A stretch of 62,698 nt of DNA, from positions 1 through 62,698 of the IMG/VR virus record IMGVR_UViG_3300043403_000045, one strand, 5' to 3'. A model generated the notes under the pieces. It saw only the letters and a program-made list of their open reading frames with translations. It did no database searches and had not been told where the DNA came from. Origin of the DNA: a virus (taxonomy: Duplodnaviria > Caudoviricetes). This document shows, one piece after another, positions 44,087-54,300 of the stretch; within the stretch, counting starts at the first letter, position 1; the number at the start of each line of letters is the position of its first letter. Made by a program: the position numbers and the translations under genes.

Positions 44087-45292
44087 TTAACTGTAATTTC
44101 CTGACAATGGTTGTACGGTTGAGGCTGCGGAGTCAATGTAACTTCCTCCATCTATAGATAAATTATCATAAACTCCGATAATTGGATTAACACTTGATGC
44201 CGCGCTATCATCATACGGGCCTGTTTGAATAGTCTTTAAGTCATAAGCTCCGCTTAATGGATCAACACTCGATGCTGCGCTGTCCGTGTATGGGCCAGTC
44301 TGAACTGTGTTAGCGCTGTAATCTCCTGACAATGGACTGACGCTAGAGGCAGCGTTATCCGTATATGGTCCAGTAATAATGACGGATGAACTATAAACGC
44401 CAGACAGCGGGAAAACAAAGCTAGTTGAATTATCTACATAGTATTCAGGGAATGGCTGGTAAACCATTGATCTCACGGCATATTGTCTTCCGCTAGATGC
44501 CGTATAATAAATAACCTGATAGTATTCGCTCTTGTCCGTCTTGGTTATTCGTGAAAAACATTCAGTTCCGGATGGCGAGTAAAGCACTCTTTCTATGGCA
44601 AAGTTATCCCTCTGAAATCTAGCACACAGAAGTCCATTCCTTGCGTAGAAACAGACAATATCCACGAGCGTGTTATTTCTTTGCAGTATGCCATTATAGA
44701 AGAGCCTAGGATAGATACCGGGAAACTGATAAGTCGTAGGCATTGAAGCCTCAAATCTGCGAATCTGGATATCTGATTCTGAGGACTGAAACGCGAAAGA
44801 AGCCCTAGCGTTTGCGTCGAAACAAATAGAAATCTGTTCATCCTCGCTGAGTCCTAATGCAGCCGGAAACAAAAGCGTATCCGCAACCTTAGTCGTTCCA
44901 TTCTTTTTCCCATATTTAATAGTACCCGTACTAGGCTCATAGTAAGCACGCCAACGGGTTTTGTAAATAGTTGGCTGCGTTACATCCTCATTCAAAGGGC
45001 CATCGCAAAAGTCATAATTAGGGCATATCGTCCAGTTAGACAGTTTACTCTTCCCGTCTGGAGCACGCCGTTGATTAAATCCATTAAGCCCGTATTGGTC
45101 AACCTGTGGTATGCTAGTAATACTCGCCAATGAATCATATACTAGACCGTTATCCAACGGGTCTGTTCTGGCACACTCTTCCGGTTTTAAAACGTCTCTA
45201 TATTTTAAAAAAGAATAGTACGTTAATCCCAGCATCCTTGGAGTGACTGGGGTTATTGATTGAAAGGTAGTCGATGGCTTTCTTAGCCTCAT
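44087..45292 (-). CDS. Putative tail protein with five 25-aa C-terminal repeats
   Basis: GPYTDxAASSVxPLSGxY repeats. Confidence 0.6.
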   Translation of the reverse strand: MRLRKPSTTFQSITPVTPRMLGLTYYSFLKYRDVLKPEECARTDPLDNGLVYDSLASITSIPQVDQYGLNGFNQRRAPDGKSKLSNWTICPNYDFCDGPLNEDVTQPTIYKTRWRAYYEPSTGTIKYGKKNGTTKVADTLLFPAALGLSEDEQISICFDANARASFAFQSSESDIQIRRFEASMPTTYQFPGIYPRLFYNGILQRNNTLVDIVCFYARNGLLCARFQRDNFAIERVLYSPSGTECFSRITKTDKSEYYQVIYYTASSGRQYAVRSMVYQPFPEYYVDNSTSFVFPLSGVYSSSVIITGPYTDNAASSVSPLSGDYSANTVQTGPYTDSAASSVDPLSGAYDLKTIQTGPYDDSAASSVNPIIGVYDNLSIDGGSYIDSAASTVQPLSGNYS

Positions 45293-47214
45293 AGCAAGCC
45301 AAGTTGACTAAGCACATATGTTTTTGCTGAATCCTTGGCTAATCTATCGGCATCTGTTTGGCTTATATAAGATGCTCTATTACTTGTATAGCTAACCGGA
45401 ATACCGTTGTTATCGTTTTGCGTGTATGTAGATGTAGCCGTATACTTAACAATAGCTTCACTATTTGAGAAGTAGTTGAATGCTCCGCAGCCTTCATCAT
45501 TTAGTAGCCTAGGCGCATCCTCATTTAGCTCACATAATCCAGACATGTCATCGTTAACAGGTTTTGCAAAAATACGATACGCTGAAATTCCGGCTATTCC
45601 TGACCAAGCTACCATTAAACTAAATGATTTATCTATTAACCCCCTTAGCTCTATCTCTACACAAGCGGAATTGCAATCGCTAGGATCAGAACCTTGGTTA
45701 GTACGAATCTCTCTTTGCTGCGGCCTGTATCCCGCTAGTGTTTCTGCTCCCTCTCCATAGGAAGAATCGGAATATACTTGGCCTACTGTCGCTTCTATCT
45801 TTTTAGTTAATACTTTCTGAAAGGCTCCTTTGCTTCCAGCTATTGCAGCCATAACATTAACCTCTCCCTGAATTTCACGAAGCCTAATTTCAGCGTACGA
45901 GAACTCCTTGTATTCTAGGTTTCCAAAATCGTGTTCCTTAAACTGTACCCAACTAGTAATAGGCAATCCATTATCAAGTTTAGAAGCTAACATGGCCTCC
46001 CATATTCTAAAGTTGTTGTCGTAGTCACGGCTTGCCATGAAGATTCGCTCTTCCCCGTTCACTACTCCATTTGTCCATTCGACCGGACGCCAGCCAGTCC
46101 AGTACCCTGCCCATGCGTTCGCATTCCCATCAAAAGGAGCTTGGTCTAAAACATAAGTATGCGTGTTATACTTATCTCCATTTGGCAGTGATTGAAGTAG
46201 TATATTTTCGTAAAAAGTTCCGCATATTCCTGTCAAGTTATACGATACATTATACTTACTACCAAACATCTCGTTGTCTTGAACGTCTAACCTAGATGTT
46301 ATATTCAACCTTAGTGCATCATTTAGGTTGATTAAACCTTTATGGCTATACCACCAAATAATTCCATACTGGGATACGATAGAACGTGGAGCAACACAGC
46401 CTATGCGTTGAAGAATTGTCTTTTGAAATTCAGGCGTCGATAGCCACTGAGTTCTATCCTGAATAGAACTTTGTATGAACGTTCCAGTAGTCTCGGTAAA
46501 TGCGATAAGTCCAGCCTGATCGGATGTCTCAACTAATCCAGTACATGTATCTGGCAAGTAAAATGCGCGCCCTTCATTGAGGTATTCTTGATCGGTGAAC
46601 TTTAATGGATTACCTATATCACTAGCAAAGATCTGATTGCCTCGACTAACCCACAGTCGGTTATTTGACCATAGCATCCATAAACCAAGTGGAGTTTCAT
46701 CCTTGCCTGCAACGGTTAGTTCTCCAGAAATAGGAGTCGGGTCTAGGTGACGAGCTGTTGATCCATCCCAGAACGCAGCGCGTGTGCGACCGTCTTGCAT
46801 CATTAGGATGCTATACGGTTGATCTAGGTAGTAGAGCCGACCTTCGTTGTCGTAATCCGTAGATTTCAGGCAAACAGCCCATGATAGCATATCACTATCT
46901 ATGGCGAATTGTATGCCAGCAAGCTGTGTATAGCTAACAAAGGGATAAGGGGATACATAAACAATTCCATCGACTGCAAAAACAAGATGCTCTACGCCAC
47001 CTTGCGGCTTAAAGAATTTAACTCCCTGCAACTTATTGCCACGAGGAAGAGCAAGTATCGTATCAGATCCCGGCCTTGTCTGAGGTATACCTCCGCGCAT
47101 AAGACAGTTCATGGCCATTACAGCCATATTGTCATTGATCTTTGTCGGTAGCGTGTAGCTATTTACGCCCAACACATAATCCGAACCAGCGGAGTTTAGT
47201 ACAGGATCAGGCAT
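45289..47214 (-). CDS. Tail tubular B/packaged-DNA stabilisation-like (nozzle) protein
   Basis: ~640 aa beta-propeller-like (NNRLWV, FASDIG, IGCVAPRSIV); podoviral synteny. Confidence 0.65.
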   Translation of the reverse strand: MPDPVLNSAGSDYVLGVNSYTLPTKINDNMAVMAMNCLMRGGIPQTRPGSDTILALPRGNKLQGVKFFKPQGGVEHLVFAVDGIVYVSPYPFVSYTQLAGIQFAIDSDMLSWAVCLKSTDYDNEGRLYYLDQPYSILMMQDGRTRAAFWDGSTARHLDPTPISGELTVAGKDETPLGLWMLWSNNRLWVSRGNQIFASDIGNPLKFTDQEYLNEGRAFYLPDTCTGLVETSDQAGLIAFTETTGTFIQSSIQDRTQWLSTPEFQKTILQRIGCVAPRSIVSQYGIIWWYSHKGLINLNDALRLNITSRLDVQDNEMFGSKYNVSYNLTGICGTFYENILLQSLPNGDKYNTHTYVLDQAPFDGNANAWAGYWTGWRPVEWTNGVVNGEERIFMASRDYDNNFRIWEAMLASKLDNGLPITSWVQFKEHDFGNLEYKEFSYAEIRLREIQGEVNVMAAIAGSKGAFQKVLTKKIEATVGQVYSDSSYGEGAETLAGYRPQQREIRTNQGSDPSDCNSACVEIELRGLIDKSFSLMVAWSGIAGISAYRIFAKPVNDDMSGLCELNEDAPRLLNDEGCGAFNYFSNSEAIVKYTATSTYTQNDNNGIPVSYTSNRASYISQTDADRLAKDSAKTYVLSQLGLL

Positions 47215-48164
47215 CAGTAAAATAACCCTACGTTTCCGCACTCCATAGGCCAGTCGTTAAACTTTATTTGAGGACCGATAGAACTAGGTGGAAGCTTAGC
47301 TTCAACCTCTTTGTTAATGAGCCTAATAGCCTCGCGCTCTGCGATAGTTGCTTCATCATATCGCTTATCTCGGCGTGCCTGTACCGCACGCATAGCGAGA
47401 AATAATGCTTCTCTATTCTCAATGTTAATCCAGTCTTTTTCAGATACGACGGTTAAATTCTTCCGCTTGTATTTCAAGCGTACCCAAGATTGATCCTCAA
47501 CACGAATGCGTCGATAAGATGGTACGGTTTCGCGTGGCTGATAATACCCTATCAGAGTATGGCTAGAGAGATCGCTAGTATTAACTGCTAATAGCTTTAC
47601 AAACCCAGCGGTTACAGACTTCTTAATCCGATCTATTCGGGCAATAGCAGGGGCATTTGAATTACGTTGACTGAAACCAAAGATTGTAGGAATAACAAAT
47701 CCATCCTCAAGATTTCCGCCTTCACCTTCTGAATATATGCGCTTTCCGTTTTCATCCCATCCAAAAACTCTTAGCTCGGTATTATTATCCTTAGATGAAT
47801 CAAGTTCTGCGACTAGATATACGGGCTCAGAAGGATCTTTGTGTGTACAAAACTGACCCAACTCATCGGTATATCGGCACGGAGTACAATCCTCACTACC
47901 GCTACCGTTGATGTGATATTGGTAAAGCTGGTCTCGTATTAATGTGGGTTGTCCGCCTACGTTTACGGAGAGAATCGTATCGACATCATAGGGAAGCGTG
48001 ACGCAACCATTGCACGCACACAAATCCATCTGCGCCATATTCACATCGGCCAAGCTTTGATTTGCAATCAAGCTCACTGCATCCGTGATACGCGCAAACG
48101 CCTCTGTTTCAGAACAGCGATTTAAGGCGACCTTGGCTTCGTCTATGAAATCAGATACAAACAT
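47214..48164 (-). CDS. Putative head-tail adaptor (tail tubular A-like)
   Basis: Helical termini with a beta core, directly upstream of the nozzle-like gene. Confidence 0.5.
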   Translation of the reverse strand: MFVSDFIDEAKVALNRCSETEAFARITDAVSLIANQSLADVNMAQMDLCACNGCVTLPYDVDTILSVNVGGQPTLIRDQLYQYHINGSGSEDCTPCRYTDELGQFCTHKDPSEPVYLVAELDSSKDNNTELRVFGWDENGKRIYSEGEGGNLEDGFVIPTIFGFSQRNSNAPAIARIDRIKKSVTAGFVKLLAVNTSDLSSHTLIGYYQPRETVPSYRRIRVEDQSWVRLKYKRKNLTVVSEKDWINIENREALFLAMRAVQARRDKRYDEATIAEREAIRLINKEVEAKLPPSSIGPQIKFNDWPMECGNVGLFY

Positions 48165-48538
48165 TAAGAAGTCTCCACGTCTTCTGCGTTATCTGGACGC
48201 TTTTCGGTGGCCTTGTCCAATGCCTCGTCGAAGCTTTCTCCGATTTCATCATCATCGCCCGTCATGCTATCCATGCTTTTTTTCTCAATTTCTTTTTCGG
48301 CTTCACCCTCTGGTTCAATTTCCATTACCTCAATTTCGTAACAGTAATCTTCGCCCTCCTTCTCTTTATACATGATTTGCTTACCTTTTGCAGTAAATTC
48401 AAATTCTCCGTCGGGAAAATCAATCTTTTCCTTAGATCTAATATAGATCGAAGGAAAATACGTTTTAGCATCCTCCTTTTTCTTCATTGATGGCATTTCA
48501 ATTCCAAACTCTTTTTCTTTATATCCTAAGTTATACAT
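48164..48538 (-). CDS. Acidic hypothetical protein
   Basis: E/K/D-rich ORF. Confidence 0.65.
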   Translation of the reverse strand: MYNLGYKEKEFGIEMPSMKKKEDAKTYFPSIYIRSKEKIDFPDGEFEFTAKGKQIMYKEKEGEDYCYEIEVMEIEPEGEAEKEIEKKSMDSMTGDDDEIGESFDEALDKATEKRPDNAEDVETS

Positions 48539-48542
48539 AATG

Positions 48543-48959
48543 TTATTTTGACATGAACCAAGTTGTAGCCCCATTAGCTGTTAATGTTGCTATATCGTAT
48601 TGATCTAAAGTTACGCTTACACTATTTCCAATTAAGTCCGATCCAGCCCGCATCAATGTTACGTTGCCTGTCCCGAGCCTAGATATTTTAAACTCTTTCC
48701 CTATGTTTGCTCCAGATAATGGAAGCGTTACGACAACATCCGCGCCTGAATTGACTACAATAAACTGCTCGCTTCCAGTTAACGTAGTGTCGGTATTTAT
48801 TGCAGTCGTTAATAGTGTATTACTGTTATCCAACTTAATCTCTGCTAGTAGGTTGGCATAAGTAATTGTCTTTACTGAAGACGTAGACGCCTGCCAAAGC
48901 AATATAATATCACTTGGGTTCAGAGTCGTTATTGAGGGATATGAATTAAATTGAGGCAT
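48543..48959 (-). CDS. Short fibre/decoration protein
   Basis: Shared N-terminal anchor motif; VTLP..GKEFKI..GNVTL..W C-terminal module. Confidence 0.6.
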   Translation of the reverse strand: MPQFNSYPSITTLNPSDIILLWQASTSSVKTITYANLLAEIKLDNSNTLLTTAINTDTTLTGSEQFIVVNSGADVVVTLPLSGANIGKEFKISRLGTGNVTLMRAGSDLIGNSVSVTLDQYDIATLTANGATTWFMSK

Positions 48960-48960
48960 T

Positions 48961-50094
48961 TTATTTAGAGTATACCTGCCACTTGCTGTTACCAGCTTGA
49001 ATAATCAGATATTCATTAGCCGCAAGCGATATAGTATTTACGGCTCCAGTGCTCGGCACAAGCTGTCCTAGGCCAGTGGCGTCAATAGTTACCGCGCCTG
49101 TGCCATTGTTCTTTAACATGATGACACGCCCGTTATTGGTAGACGCACTAACAAGTGTTATGGTATGACTACCTGCGCCTGTGTATATAACGCTGCTATC
49201 TGCGGCTAAGACTGTGTAGTTTGCTGCGGTTGTTGTAACCCCCAATACTAAACCAGCAATCAGAGTAAGTGCTCCCGAATCCGCAATGGATGCGGTTGAA
49301 GCCTGAATAAGCTTTCCGGTTGTGCCGTTATAGCGGGGAATACCATTGTTGGTAGACGATACTGGGCCAACTACATCTCCGGTACTTCCAGATGTCCATG
49401 ATGGGTCTGCTCCTGCGCCATTAGTCTTCAGGAGCTGGCCGCTTGTACCCGGACTAAGCGTAGTCCAACTCGTAGCATTCCGATATAGGATGGTGCCCTG
49501 CGTTGTCCCAATAAAATCCAGTACCTCGCTTGTAGTCACTTGCTCAAGTGCCCCAGCTCCAGCCGTCTTTCGTCCGATTAATCTGCTATTTGTAGATGCC
49601 GTAAGTCCAGATGTCGTCACCGCACCTATGCCCACAAAGTCAGAACCAGCTACCGCAATGCTAAGAGTCCCCGTCCCTGTTGTGTTTTTGACAATGCCTG
49701 TAGATAAACTAGACAATGCCTGTGCATTAGGCAGTGCGCCATTTACCGTCTTAGTGATATAATTAGCTGCATCTGGAGCAAATGAACCTCCGCCTGCACC
49801 TGTAGCTGAAATGGTATTTCCCGATATATTGAGGTTCGTACCTGCTATTAGGTAGTTAAACTTGCCTTCTGATTGATCCCAGAACAAAATTCTATCTGCT
49901 CCCGGTGCAATCAATGACGTACCTAAGCCGCCCCGAGCCAATGGCAATGTCCCTGTCGTGTTGGCTATATCTATATTAGTCTGAACATCCCCAAAGTCCA
50001 CCGTTTTAACTGAGCTAGACGAAGCATCCCAGACAAGAAATAGATCGCTGTCTTGCAAGCTCGCTATTGGCGGATATGTATTAAGCTGTGGCAT
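48961..50094 (-). CDS. Fibre protein
   Basis: GTLPLARGGLG, GQLLKTNGAGADPSW and GDVVGP fibre motifs. Confidence 0.7.
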   Translation of the reverse strand: MPQLNTYPPIASLQDSDLFLVWDASSSSVKTVDFGDVQTNIDIANTTGTLPLARGGLGTSLIAPGADRILFWDQSEGKFNYLIAGTNLNISGNTISATGAGGGSFAPDAANYITKTVNGALPNAQALSSLSTGIVKNTTGTGTLSIAVAGSDFVGIGAVTTSGLTASTNSRLIGRKTAGAGALEQVTTSEVLDFIGTTQGTILYRNATSWTTLSPGTSGQLLKTNGAGADPSWTSGSTGDVVGPVSSTNNGIPRYNGTTGKLIQASTASIADSGALTLIAGLVLGVTTTAANYTVLAADSSVIYTGAGSHTITLVSASTNNGRVIMLKNNGTGAVTIDATGLGQLVPSTGAVNTISLAANEYLIIQAGNSKWQVYSK

Positions 50095-50095
50095 G

Positions 50096-50350
50096 TTAAG
50101 AAATTACTGTAAGTATAGAATTGCCGCCTTCATCCGTAATCATGGCGCAATTCTGGTCAAAAAGACGTGCCGTTACGTAAAACTTTTGCGTGAGACTGTC
50201 AAATGCCGTAGTGTATTGATCGTCTGCGCACTGTATAGTAGGCAATGCCGCCACCTCGCACGATGTCTTTAATCGGTATGGCTGACACTGGCCCATGTCA
50301 GGATTAACTGGCTCACTAAATGAGCCGCATACTTCGTCTGTGTTCGGCAT
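50096..50350 (-). CDS. Small Cys-containing structural protein
   Basis: Ends ITDEGGNSILT; has its own candidate promoter upstream. Confidence 0.6.
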   Translation of the reverse strand: MPNTDEVCGSFSEPVNPDMGQCQPYRLKTSCEVAALPTIQCADDQYTTAFDSLTQKFYVTARLFDQNCAMITDEGGNSILTVIS

Positions 50351-50423
50351 ATAAAAACAATCCTATGCCAATTATATATTTCAAGCCTTAAATTGATGAA
50401 CCCCTCATTATGTAAAATAGACC

Positions 50424-50678
50424 TTATCTTAATTTATGTTTTTTATTAGGAATCGGCCTATACCACACCATAGTATTTCCATTTTTTGTACCTTTAAATC
50501 GTTCGATTTTACCATCCAACAATAAAGCCACCATTCTTCTATGAATTGTAGCCAAGCTAACAGAATGCGATTTAGCCAATTCAGAAGCCGTAACCCAGCC
50601 ATCGCCAATAGGCAATTTCGCTGGAGTTAATTCCTGCGTTAATAGCTCAGCCCAATTGTTTTGATTTGATTTTTTCAT
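50424..50678 (-). CDS. Winged-HTH protein
   Basis: WVTASELAKSHSVSLATIHRRM..LLDGKIE; coupled to the phosphoesterase gene. Confidence 0.65.
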   Translation of the reverse strand: MKKSNQNNWAELLTQELTPAKLPIGDGWVTASELAKSHSVSLATIHRRMVALLLDGKIERFKGTKNGNTMVWYRPIPNKKHKLR

Positions 50679-52378
50679 AATACAATAAAGTCGCTGTTAA
50701 AAACAAACCTTCCGTTTACGTTTCGCGCTTGCTGAAGGTGATAACTACCGTCTTCAAATAGCAATCCATATCCCCAGCCTTGACCCCACCTTAATTTACC
50801 TGTTTTCTTGTTGACGTAATCCATATCCCTTATGCACAGGCATCCAATAGATCTAGCTTCTGCTGGTTCTAGTGATGCTACTGGAGCACTTTCAATCGTA
50901 TGAACATGGCCGAAAACACAGTTCCCGTAGACCGAAGCATGTTGCTTGCACGCATTAGCCCCTGCATGGTAGCCATGCACGACGTTTAGCTTGCCCAACT
51001 TCATAATGCCGAGCGCAGAGTCATAGGGATATGCCCGTGCCTTCATCTTTCGCGTCAATGCCTCCATGCGCTTAATGCCATCATTGGCATAGTCACGCAC
51101 TAAACCCGTGCAATTATTTCTAAAGTCATATATGCGCGTACAGTTTCCGGTAAATGCTACACGGCCATGCAATCTTGAAACAACTGTACCCATCGGCATT
51201 GTTAAGCAATATACATTCCTTCCATAAGGGACCTTATCTATCTTTAAATTGCTATTGTAGTGCTCAGTAGAATTGCGCGAAATCTTAACTAAGTATCCAA
51301 CTTTTGCATTTTCAAAACCGCTTGTCCGCTTAGGCTGATGCCATGCGCAATCCCAGCTATTATTAATACACCACTCCTGCACGACGTTTACGTCATGAAG
51401 ACTAGTTGTCATCCAGCTAATATGCTTATCCTTAACACTTCCATCCGTAACCTGAAGTTCCTCGAAGAACGTTTCTAAATTTGAGGCAGGAAGCCTTGCC
51501 CAACTTGCGGGTATTTCCTTAACTCCACCGAGACGTCGTACTATTTCCCGTGCGTCATCTCCATAGATTCTAATGTAAAAAGGGTCTTTTATATTGATAC
51601 CAGATTTCTTGCATGGTCTAAACGTATATTTTAACCCCATTCCGTCCAGTAGGGAGCGAAGTCTTGTGATCTTGCGGACTTCCGATAGCTTAAATTGAAC
51701 ACGGGCTTTTGTTGTGTTAGGGTCGTATTTTTTTAAGTTCACAATACAACCATCCATGACAACCCAAACCAAAAGCCTGAGCCATTGTTCATCTATTGCT
51801 GATAATGTATCTAAGGAATAACCAGAACAGCTAATCGCGCTTTCGCCTATTAACTGCCCAACAAGATTATGTGCTGTTATTTTTTGGCCCCATATCAAAA
51901 CATCGTGGTGACTAGAAACCTCTTGGCGTGTATACCTTCCCTCGATTCGATAGGTATGGCTCTCATAGTGGCTCACTATTCCTAGCGGATTTGAATAAAA
52001 GATCGCCCTAGACTTTGGATCAAACTCAGCAACCTTATCTTTGGTGGTTACCTCTTTAATGTTCTTGAATCCTTTTTCGGTAAGAACCTCTGTCTCGTCA
52101 GAAAAGGAGTGATTTCCTAATAGAAAATGATTATCCTTTCCACCGTCAAAGTATTTACGCAAGAAGTCGGAACCCATATTCCAGTCATCTTCTAAGCTAG
52201 ATGCTTTCTCTTCGTCACTTGCACCTTTACGTAAATTCCTGAAGTCAAAGGCGTCGCCTGCGTGGATGCGTATGCTTGGATTAAATTCTTCATTAAACTC
52301 AAGAATCGCCGCCTCGCATTTGGGATCTATCATGTCTCCATGCGAATCGCTCGCTATCACGAACTTCTTGTATCTCAT
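50675..52378 (-). CDS. Calcineurin-like metallophosphoesterase containing an intein
   Basis: SDSHG, GDAFD, GNH, VHG and GHVH motifs, interrupted by 322 aa. Confidence 0.9.
   Translation of the reverse strand: MRYKKFVIASDSHGDMIDPKCEAAILEFNEEFNPSIRIHAGDAFDFRNLRKGASDEEKASSLEDDWNMGSDFLRKYFDGGKDNHFLLGNHSFSDETEVLTEKGFKNIKEVTTKDKVAEFDPKSRAIFYSNPLGIVSHYESHTYRIEGRYTRQEVSSHHDVLIWGQKITAHNLVGQLIGESAISCSGYSLDTLSAIDEQWLRLLVWVVMDGCIVNLKKYDPNTTKARVQFKLSEVRKITRLRSLLDGMGLKYTFRPCKKSGINIKDPFYIRIYGDDAREIVRRLGGVKEIPASWARLPASNLETFFEELQVTDGSVKDKHISWMTTSLHDVNVVQEWCINNSWDCAWHQPKRTSGFENAKVGYLVKISRNSTEHYNSNLKIDKVPYGRNVYCLTMPMGTVVSRLHGRVAFTGNCTRIYDFRNNCTGLVRDYANDGIKRMEALTRKMKARAYPYDSALGIMKLGKLNVVHGYHAGANACKQHASVYGNCVFGHVHTIESAPVASLEPAEARSIGCLCIRDMDYVNKKTGKLRWGQGWGYGLLFEDGSYHLQQARNVNGRFVFNSDFIVL
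51143..52108 (-). mobile_element. Intein with LAGLIDADG homing endonuclease
   Basis: Block A SFSDETEVLT; LAGLIDADG-like LLVWVVMDG and FFEELQVTDG; blocks F/G VYCLTMPMG..FTGN/C. Confidence 0.9.
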
Positions 52379-52395
52379 ATTTTGATTAAGCTTCG

Positions 52396-52608
52396 TTATG
52401 AAGAAAAAGGAGGATTACTGTCCTTCTTCTTTGATTCTCTTCGCCACTTCCAAATCAGAAATGCTAAACCAATGCAACCACTTAAAAAAGTAAGTGCTCC
52501 ATTGATGTTCTGCCAAGACAGAACGAAAAGAGTGGAACTTGGTGCCGCAGCAAATGCGTAATCTACTGGTTTAAGATATGTGAGTAACGCCTTTAGATGT
52601 GTTGCCAT
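52396..52608 (-). CDS. Holin-like small membrane protein
   Basis: Hydrophobic segments and a basic C-terminus WKWRRESKKK. Confidence 0.55.
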   Translation of the reverse strand: MATHLKALLTYLKPVDYAFAAAPSSTLFVLSWQNINGALTFLSGCIGLAFLIWKWRRESKKKDSNPPFSS

Positions 52609-53389
52609 TGTTGTTTTCTTGGATTTCCGAAATTCTATTCACAATGTATTTACGGTCTATTTTATTTTTCAATAACTTAATGTAATCCTTGTGCGATTGA
52701 TCCATGTTGGCTTCATTGTACTCCTTGATTTCAGTGGCCACTCTTGGATTATCAACCTTTAGTTCCTCAATAGACTGTACGGATCGCAGCATGGCCCCTT
52801 CAGCAACTGCGTGCTTGGCCTTTAGCTCTCTCGCCTCCTTGTCTCGGTTATAGAGCCACCATATGAATGCCGCACCGAGCACCGCTAGTACGTAGTTCAT
52901 TAGCTCTTCATTCCCTGCCAAATACCATAGCAGAAAAGATGCACCACCCGCAATGGCTGACACTATTGCTGGGCCTATTTGCCTGAGATAAACGAGAATG
53001 CCAGCAACGGCTAAAGAACCTAGAGCGATATACAGCAAGACTCGCCTCTCCGAGTTCTGCTCTTTCTGCATTTGAACTCGAACATCGGGCTTAGCAGGTG
53101 GCGAAATAACTGCTAGTGTTCGCTCAATGTCTTCTACGATCTTAGCTGGCTGCGTATAGGTTATTACTTCTCTTTTGGTTTCCGGCTTTGTTTCTGTGCC
53201 AGAGACTGTTTCGATAACATAGGTAGAGCCTGCCGGAATTTCGGTAATTTTCTTGGATTTATTTTCTGTGATTGTTGATTGTTTTTCTGCATTTTGTGGG
53301 GGTTCTATTTTTTTCTTGCTTAGCGCAATTCCTGCCGATGCACATCCATTTAGTAAAACTATCAAAAAAAGGATTAGCATGTGCCGCAT
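52571..53389 (-). CDS. Membrane lipoprotein (possible lysis/spanin-like)
   Basis: Lipobox LNGC and three C-terminal transmembrane helices. Confidence 0.6.
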   Translation of the reverse strand: MRHMLILFLIVLLNGCASAGIALSKKKIEPPQNAEKQSTITENKSKKITEIPAGSTYVIETVSGTETKPETKREVITYTQPAKIVEDIERTLAVISPPAKPDVRVQMQKEQNSERRVLLYIALGSLAVAGILVYLRQIGPAIVSAIAGGASFLLWYLAGNEELMNYVLAVLGAAFIWWLYNRDKEARELKAKHAVAEGAMLRSVQSIEELKVDNPRVATEIKEYNEANMDQSHKDYIKLLKNKIDRKYIVNRISEIQENNNGNTSKGVTHIS

Positions 53390-53394
53390 ACAAA

Positions 53395-54300
53395 TCACGC
53401 CTCGGTGAGCACTATTATCAGCCCATCTCCACCAGTTCCGGCGTTTCCTCCGGTCGTACCTGCACCACCGCCACCGCCACCGCAACCCAATCGTCCATTG
53501 CCACCTACTCCGCCGACACTTGTATTGCTTGCACCGCCGCCTGATCCACCAGTAGCAACGAGTGGTCTTTCGGAGTACCAGCCACCATTGCCGCTGTTAC
53601 TGCCCGCTGCGCCACCTGCAATGGTGGGGATAATACCCGCGCCTGTGATTGCGCCACCAGCAAAGTCTGCCGATGTTGTTCCCCCGCCACCTGCTCCGCC
53701 AGTGACTATATTTACTAATGCGGTCACGCTGCCACCAGCCGCACCTGTTTGCGCGCCACCAACTGCACCAGATTGACCAGCAATAGCTATCCAGCTAATT
53801 GCTAGAGAGGATAATACTGCTGATGAATTTACTGCGATAGTGCTACCCGCACCTGCCGTGCCGCCTGCTGACCCTGTACCTGATCCAGCCGATCCTGCAT
53901 CCGCTGCTCCCGAGATAAGCAGTAAATCTGCCGCCGTGATAGATTGTCGAATAGAGACATAGGCCCTACCACCCGCACCAGCCGCACCCGAAATTGCTCC
54001 ACCACGAGGAACCTGAAACCATAATACCTCTGGTAAGGTAGAAGCAAGGAAGGATGCGCGAACAATGGCGCCACTGCCACCACCGCCACCGCCACCGCCT
54101 GCCGCTGCTGCTGCTCGTGTGAACCCAGTACCACCACCTCCTCCGGCTCCTAGCAAAAAGAAATGAACTAATCGCGCACCAGCGGGTTTCTGCCATAGCT
54201 GCCAATTCTTAGTTGCAGTGCCCGCTCCCGGCGTACCCATTGCGTAAAACCGCTGCTCATAGGAGGCAATGTGAGGAGACTGGAAAATTCCGGTATTCAT
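53395..54300 (-). CDS. Glycine-rich virion protein
   Basis: WQKPAGARLV..LGAGGGGG..GGDGLIIV glycine-rich domain. Confidence 0.75.
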   Translation of the reverse strand: MNTGIFQSPHIASYEQRFYAMGTPGAGTATKNWQLWQKPAGARLVHFFLLGAGGGGGTGFTRAAAAAGGGGGGGGSGAIVRASFLASTLPEVLWFQVPRGGAISGAAGAGGRAYVSIRQSITAADLLLISGAADAGSAGSGTGSAGGTAGAGSTIAVNSSAVLSSLAISWIAIAGQSGAVGGAQTGAAGGSVTALVNIVTGGAGGGGTTSADFAGGAITGAGIIPTIAGGAAGSNSGNGGWYSERPLVATGGSGGGASNTSVGGVGGNGRLGCGGGGGGAGTTGGNAGTGGDGLIIVLTEA

